Assembly (NCBI GenBank): GCA_012295275.1
Contig: CM022670.1
Span: 39,184,001-39,248,000, forward strand
Direction: 5' to 3'
From: Chrysomallon squamiferum
Taxonomy: Eukaryota > Animalia > Mollusca
DNA length: 64,000 nucleotides
Positions 58,806-64,000 of this stretch are shown piece after piece. Positions within the stretch are counted from its first letter, which is position 1, and every line of letters begins with the position of its first letter. Position numbers and translations under genes: made by a program. Under the pieces are notes generated by a model that made no database searches, had not been told where the DNA came from, and worked only from the letters and a program-made list of their open reading frames with translations.

Positions 58806-61800
58806 TTAATAAAAATAATTTAATGTTTTATTTTACCTTTATAGCCTCTTCAGAAAAAATGTTTGAAGATTCCCATCTTTGAACAAGCTGAAAACAGATA
58901 AGTAATTTCAAATATTTTTGCATAATAATTTTACCAGATAGTACCACATTCAAATCTATCCAAGACCTTTTTCATAAAATATCAAAATATTCTTATCTGT
59001 GATGTAGATAATTAGTGAAATCTCTATTCTCAAACTATTTTATATATATATAAATAACTGCAGAATATCATTTGTTCCCCCATATTTTTGTAACCATTCA
59101 GATTTTTCAGACTTAGTGTACCTGGATGTTAAATTTGAAATGACATCTATACTGCATGATGCCTTTAATAAGTTCTTTTCAATCATTCATTTGTAAACAT
59201 TACATATAAAAAATATTTAGAAAGGTAGCTGCATTGGAAAACTGAAAATATAATGAAAAACTAACTTTAATGATTTTTTGCTTTTCAGTTTCACTTTCAT
59301 TCTCTGACAGCATGTAAGAAATTGCTGGAACAATCACTTTGTCCAGTGAATTTCTCAAAGCACGTCCTTTCTCTGTCTGAACTATGAGAAGGTGACGACT
59401 AAAAATAAAATAAAATAAATAAATAAATAAAATGTGTAAACCTTAATAAAAGAAAAGAAAACATTAACAAATAAGTATGTTTATCAATTTTTTAAAAATC
59501 ACAACTGTTTTCCTTTATCTTCTTTTCTTTTTGACAGAGATATACGATATTTTGAACTGCTGATTTTATAAAATGATAATTCTAAGACTGATGAAGAAAA
59601 ATAAATAACTAAATAAGAAAAAAATACCAACCAGTGTGTAAGGATGTCATTAAACAGAAAAATTTGACGTATTCGCTTCCTGTACGATACACCCTTCATA
59701 AACAGTCTGCAAAAAAGAAAATCATTTTTTGTTTTTATAAAACAACAAGTTTCACTGAACACAATTATTTATCACACAAAAACAAAAAAGAAGCTGTCAA
59801 TTTTAAACACAAGATAAGACTAATAATGTTACTTACTTCATAAGTAAGTACAGCATGATCAAGTCACATCGACTCTTATCTGTTCCTTTCAAAACAATCC
59901 AGTTCTTGGCTTGCTGAAATAAAATTATAATTCTAATTAAAGGTATTATTATAGAAACCATGCTTTAAAAAAGAAGATAGTGAGAGAGAGGACTATAATA
60001 AGAGTGAGCAAAAAGTATGCAGAGAAAAAAGAAGCAACATTCTTAAAACAAACATCATTAAAAATAATAATTACAAATCGAAAACCTATTTTAATCTTTT
60101 TTGAATGTAATGTATTGTTAGATTCATGAAAAAGATCAGCAGTTAAAATCAAAAGGTATAAGTTTAAAACAATTACCAGTCTGGCATACTGAGTGCCTTC
60201 TTCACAAACTGAATGCCACATATTGTCAAGATCACACATCTCTATCCCTGTCATCTGACACATCATCTGAACTCTGAGCTCTTCAATCTTGAAGACTTTT
60301 TCATGATTAACCTGAGAAATATCAATTTTTGTTTTTTAATGATGATAATTTAAAATAATACCAAAAAATGAAAAGAAAAAAAGAAGGTAAAACTCTTCTG
60401 AACATCAAATAATGCAGAATCACTGCAAGGGTGATATTGTTATTAATAAATCAACAACATGGATATTCTTTCCCATGAACTATTATGTATTGAGTTGAAA
60501 GAAATACAACAGAAAAGTTATTAGAAACAGTTCTACATTCTTCCATTAAAAATGGTTTGTATTTAAACAAAAACAAAATCATTTGGATGCTTTTTCTGAC
60601 ACATGTGATAGTCAAGTGTTTAATAATGTATGTTGTAAATATAAAAACAAAAAATAAAGTAAACAGATCACCACAATCAGCATGAAGGGAAGGGAAAAGT
60701 ATTCATATATATCTTTCTTGGATAAAATAATATATACATTGAAAAAAATACATTTTAACAAATATAAAGCAACTGCAGTAAATGATGGCTTCAAATGTTT
60801 TTTGTAAACTGAGGTGTAATGATGCATAAAATAAATAAAATTTGACAAGTGAAATGTTTATCAACAAGTCAAGCCACTGGATAAGGCTTCTTCAAACAAG
60901 TTAAAGTATACAGTATCAAAGAAATTCCATGCATGTGAACAGCAGCAGTTAGCTGTTAATGCCTGGTATAAAAGATCATTCATAAAAAGAGAGAGAGAGG
61001 CAGGAAAGCCTTTTCCATGACTAGATGGAGTCTAAAGAAAAACAGTCTGCCAACTGCAATAAAATGGCCATTCAAGCTACACCTTGGGAGTTTCTACCAT
61101 AATATTTACAATTAAAATTGAGATGAACATGTAAAGAAAAAGTCAGGTGACACAAGTGCTACAGTACTTTATGAAATATCTCAATGAAATAATGTATATA
61201 TATTTCTTGAGCCAATATATTTACTGAAGAAATTTCCATATAATATGGTGAGTATAGATTTTACTTTGAGTTGTTACAGTGGGTAACAGTAATATTTGTT
61301 GACAGGTGTTCTGAAACATTCTGCAGCTTAAAAGGAATATTTTAATATCTCCAAATAAAATATCTGGACTATTTTTTAAAACTGCTTCACCAAGCAGAAG
61401 AATATCTAATGTAATTTGAGTTTATTGCACTGCAATCAATTCCAGTTGGTTTGCAAATCACATTCTCAAAGAATTTAAAAACTGATCAACAATAAAGTGA
61501 AAAGTGAAGAGGGATTATACTGTCTGCAGCAGCAACTGTATATTATTTGATAATGAAGAAGGAATACATATTTTATACATATCAAAGTTCTAAACAATAG
61601 TTATAAGGCATCACAATAATACAGAAAAATCTTCTGTTGCCACATGATGGGTTACATTTATTTGAACAGGATAAACTAATCTCTGGCACTGGCTGAGAAA
61701 ATGGCCTGGTTCCTATGGAAAAACAAATCAGCAAAACAGTGATTTTCTGACTCTGAATGACTGGAAACAGTTCAAATGGAATCTGTTACACTACTGGTAA

Positions 61801-64000
61801 CATTCAATAATGCATCAGACAATGTACTTAAATAAATATTTTAACTGATTAGTAAAAAAAGAAATAAAAAAATTCCTTTTCAGTGATTTCCAAAGATGAA
61901 CCAGAATATATATATGAAAATATTATCAAGAAGACATTACCTTTCAAACAATCCATGATCCAGTGATAATATGTCAAGAAATAAACTTTTGGTAAACACA
62001 AGTGACTCACTTTTTGAGTATTCCAACTGGTCAGCAGTTTTCCTTTGAAATAACACGACTTACTGGTGTTACTTCCTAATTGTTAAAATTTACAAATGAA
62101 AGAAAACAACTATCTTTTCACATTTTTCATAAGCTGACAAAGGTAGACACAATAAACACTTTGAGTCTAATTTAAAACTATGGGCTTTAACAGAGATTTC
62201 TGCACTAAAACTAAAGCCCATGATACATTTGTTATTACATACCAAGATACCTCATAAACAGTTTTATTACAAAAAGAAACATTTCAACATCAAAATTATA
62301 CAGTTATACATTAAATAAAAGACAAAAACAGTTAAATATTCAAGAAAGTAAAATGTGTGATTCTGCATGAAAAAACCTGACAAAGTGATAACATTCATGA
62401 ATGTAATGTAGTGTTTGTTTTACAAGTCATTTTTAACTTACAAAAGAGAATTTAATTATCTGTAATTTTTTCTAATTATACTTTTGTGGTAATGTGAGAA
62501 AAACAGCTTCAAAACTTTGTCTGGAATTTCACACAGTATCAGTTTTTTCTAAACACTGCATTTTAAACAAAATTATTTGATACCTCAAGTTTGACATCTT
62601 CGTGTGTGCAGCACAGGTCTTTTTCTAACTTATCTAGTGCTGACTCATCATCATCAGGACATGTTTCATCAAAAAGTTTATTGGCAAAAACCTTTTTATT
62701 CTGTTTGTTAAAATCGGCGGGAAGGTCACATCGCAGAAGATAACATCTGTGAAGAGACATCTTGTACATTGTATGACCCAAAAGCATCAACGAGTCAGTG
62801 ATCAGTGCTGACACAGTCTGAACATCAGCAGAATCTGAGTTGACTAATAACATGCACTCTATAAGAGGCGTCATTCCTACTGCCATACACTTGTTAACAT
62901 ATTGCAGTTGGGTTTCACACTTGCGCATCTGTTCTGTTACAGATTTCTGCTTTAAGGTATTTATTTTTGGAAACAAAAGGTTCTTATAGAAAGAATTTGT
63001 CAGATATTTGGCCTGGATGCTTACAACTTCACCCCATTTGCTACAAGCCAGATTGATCATATTGGCAATATAGATATCTGCAGGAGGCCCCATCTCTTTT
63101 CCTTCTGGAAAGACATCTTCAAATGTACTTCTATTTCTGTGATCCACTTTATTTAACCCACCCAGATCAAACATATTTTTGGAAATGATACTATTTGTCA
63201 TAAGTGACTTTCGGCATTTGATCATTTCATGAAATGCCAGGCCAAGCAATTCCAGTGCATCTGCAGCATACACTGATGCTCTTTTTGCATTGAATGAATT
63301 TGTGAAAAAAAGGTTGGCCAAATTAACAACTGGCACCATCCCTATTGCTAAAAACTGCTGAGCATTTCGCAGCAGATTGTCCTCATTCCTAGAAAGCTCA
63401 GACAACATCAGTAAAGTATCAGACTCTAACTCAGGAGCCTTTAGCTGAAAACAGTTAACTGGTATCTTATATTTTCTACTGATGCCAGCCATATTAATAT
63501 TTCCAGTACATGCCTTATTAACAATATCAAGAATGTTATCTAACTTTGCAGCATTAGATTCTCTACATAAATCAATGTCTTTGGAAGGACTTAGACTATT
63601 TTTCTTTGATGTCTTTCTTACATCACCGATGGACTTGTTATGATAATTTTCATGATCTTTAGTATTTCGTGTTTGGTCAAATTTAGAAATTTTGAATGAT
63701 CCTGGAGATCCTGATATTTCAGATCTATAGCTTCTTTTTCTAGAGTCATCTTTTTCATTTCTATTTAATTTTATTTCTGACCTTCTTTCAAAGTTCACAT
63801 CTTTACTTATGTTTAGCCTTTTATCATGATCTGAATGGTGGACATCATAAGGAGATAAATCACTTCTTTCTCTTCTCTTGCCACTATCTTTTTTATAATC
63901 TGTATCACTTCTTTCTCTCCTCTTGCCACTATCTTTTTTATAATCTCTGCTTCTGTGTCTTGATAATCTTTCATTTGGAGATCTATGTCTCTGATATCTT
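44502..64000 (-). CDS. Giant divergent CHERP-like (CID + G-patch + RS) protein with added zinc fingers and DIRS-Gag-like domains; 5' end lies outside the window
   Basis: In-phase GT-AG exons: 62584-64000(+), 60177-60311, 59837-59913, 59632-59706, 59266-59398, 58837-58887, 58377-58415, 57728-57922, 57005-57242, 56420-56814, 53424-53576, 52507-52663, 51832-52157, 51226-51347, 50204-50890, 49686-49768, 48990-49184, 48315-48542, 45698-47926, 44502-45226, giving about 2550 aa within the window. CHERP hallmarks are listed in the sub-features. Joining of the first exon and the last three exons is inferred. Confidence 0.75.
45698..47926 (-). CDS. 2.2-kb exon: two paired zinc-finger modules flanking a K/S/E/T-rich disordered linker
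   Basis: Contains the 738-aa ORF. Acceptor aacag at 47927, candidate donor gtaggt at 45692-45697. CPVLNC..HWKEKH..CPLC..HLKDSH and CPAYGC..HWCSVH..CNVC..HWRDVH. Confidence 0.85.
48990..49768 (-). CDS. CHERP-type G-patch domain (two exons)
   Basis: Exons 49686-49768 and 48990-49184 join as LSEDNKGHQLLKKMGWSGKGLGVDEQGKIDPVDPGAVRNEKEKFYGLG, matching CHERP ENKGHQMLVKMGWSG..GLGAKEQGIQDP...VRDKWDQYKGVG. Confidence 0.92.
50204..52157 (-). CDS. CHERP-specific conserved domain plus RS-rich region (three exons)
   Basis: YYDLPAGLIVPLVK / MKDTDYQPVDPAHIRLP...SEHLINTCEYFY / GWEKGVLHEYLQAK, compared with CHERP YFDLPAGLMAPLVK..YKPLDPKDIRLP..SERLLAAVEAFY..GWEQNGLYEFFRAK. RS/SP repeats follow. Confidence 0.9.
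52507..53576 (-). CDS. Two exons each encoding a matrin/U1-type C2H2 zinc finger
   Basis: 53424-53576: CSVCKLFMLETQKESHLAGKKH. 52507-52663: CQVCRIIVQKVDLKAHLIGLKH. Both carry the HxxGxKH signature. Confidence 0.82.
53040..53170. repeat. (TG)n/(TA)n microsatellite
   Basis: Directly visible. Confidence 0.9.
55171..55280. repeat. (AAC)n-(AAT)n-(GAA)n compound microsatellite
   Basis: Directly visible. Confidence 0.9.
57728..60311 (-). CDS. CID (RNA Pol II CTD-interacting) domain exons of the CHERP-like gene
   Basis: Seven small exons give ...DLDNMWHSVCEEGT.. QAKNWIV..CDLIMLYL.. RIRQIFLFNDILTHC.. LRNSLDKVIVP.. KQKIIKLVQRWESSNIF.. KMKDPKASLKEYQ EMLIEHY. This is colinear with the CHERP CID (GKNWMF, LIYLINDVLHHC, LQKVVVP, QKIARLLQLWEKNGYF). 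Confidence 0.88.
58690..58810. repeat. (AAAAT)n + (AAT)n microsatellite
   Basis: Directly visible. Confidence 0.9.
62563..64000 (-). CDS. Large exon: RS/basic region followed by two tandem DIRS ORF1/Gag-like (LAP2alpha-type) domains
   Basis: The frame is open from the window edge (RYQRHRSPNERLSRHRSRDYKK...) to the stop at 62563, with a phase-0 donor GAG|gtatca at 62583. Domain 1 spans about 63199-63546 and domain 2 about 62665-63093. Confidence 0.85.
   Translation of the reverse strand, partial: RYQRHRSPNERLSRHRSRDYKKDSGKRRERSDTDYKKDSGKRRERSDLSPYDVHHSDHDKRLNISKDVNFERRSEIKLNRNEKDDSRKRSYRSEISGSPGSFKISKFDQTRNTKDHENYHNKSIGDVRKTSKKNSLSPSKDIDLCRESNAAKLDNILDIVNKACTGNINMAGISRKYKIPVNCFQLKAPELESDTLLMLSELSRNEDNLLRNAQQFLAIGMVPVVNLANLFFTNSFNAKRASVYAADALELLGLAFHEMIKCRKSLMTNSIISKNMFDLGGLNKVDHRNRSTFEDVFPEGKEMGPPADIYIANMINLACSKWGEVVSIQAKYLTNSFYKNLLFPKINTLKQKSVTEQMRKCETQLQYVNKCMAVGMTPLIECMLLVNSDSADVQTVSALITDSLMLLGHTMYKMSLHRCYLLRCDLPADFNKQNKKVFANKLFDETCPDDDESALDKLEKDLCCTHEDVKLEVSNNFV
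63858..63947 (-). repeat. In-frame 45-bp coding tandem duplication
   Basis: DYKKDSGKRRERSD occurs twice (atcacttctttct(c/t)c..cttgccactatcttttttataatc). Confidence 0.9.

Noticed and set aside
60860-61020. + strand VKPLDKASSNKLK peptide resembling the pogo DDE QPLD motif
   Set aside because: Too short and degenerate to support.
60312-62560. Remainder of an autonomous DIRS element (RT/RNaseH/tyrosine recombinase)
   Set aside because: No long ORFs, YxDD or RHRY motifs, or terminal repeats were seen downstream of the Gag-like domains.

Overview
This is AT-rich, microsatellite-rich animal DNA with GT-AG spliceosomal introns, probably from a mollusc or other lophotrochozoan (inference from composition and protein style). 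It starts with the last two exons of an unidentified + strand gene (1-400). Five - strand genes follow head-to-tail: an intronless 339-aa ORF (6152-7171), CCDC24 (10240-15904, with a 1-nt frameshift in its last exon), TMEM68 (20704-23961), PGAP6/TMEM8 (29001-42415, with a decayed FLYWCH+MULE transposon in its last intron), and a very large, divergent CHERP-like gene (44502 to beyond 64000). The main finding is that CHERP-like gene. By manual in-phase splicing it encodes >2500 aa: an RS-rich region, two tandem domains resembling DIRS-retrotransposon ORF1/Gag (LAP2alpha-type), a CID, Pro- and Gly/Tyr-rich repeats, two matrin/U1-type zinc fingers, the CHERP-specific domain, an RS region, a G-patch and three copies of an unusual paired zinc-finger module. 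It is a candidate independent domestication of a DIRS Gag into a splicing-factor paralog. All exon models were built by eye from splice signals and reading phase. Homologies come from remembered motifs, not from database searches.
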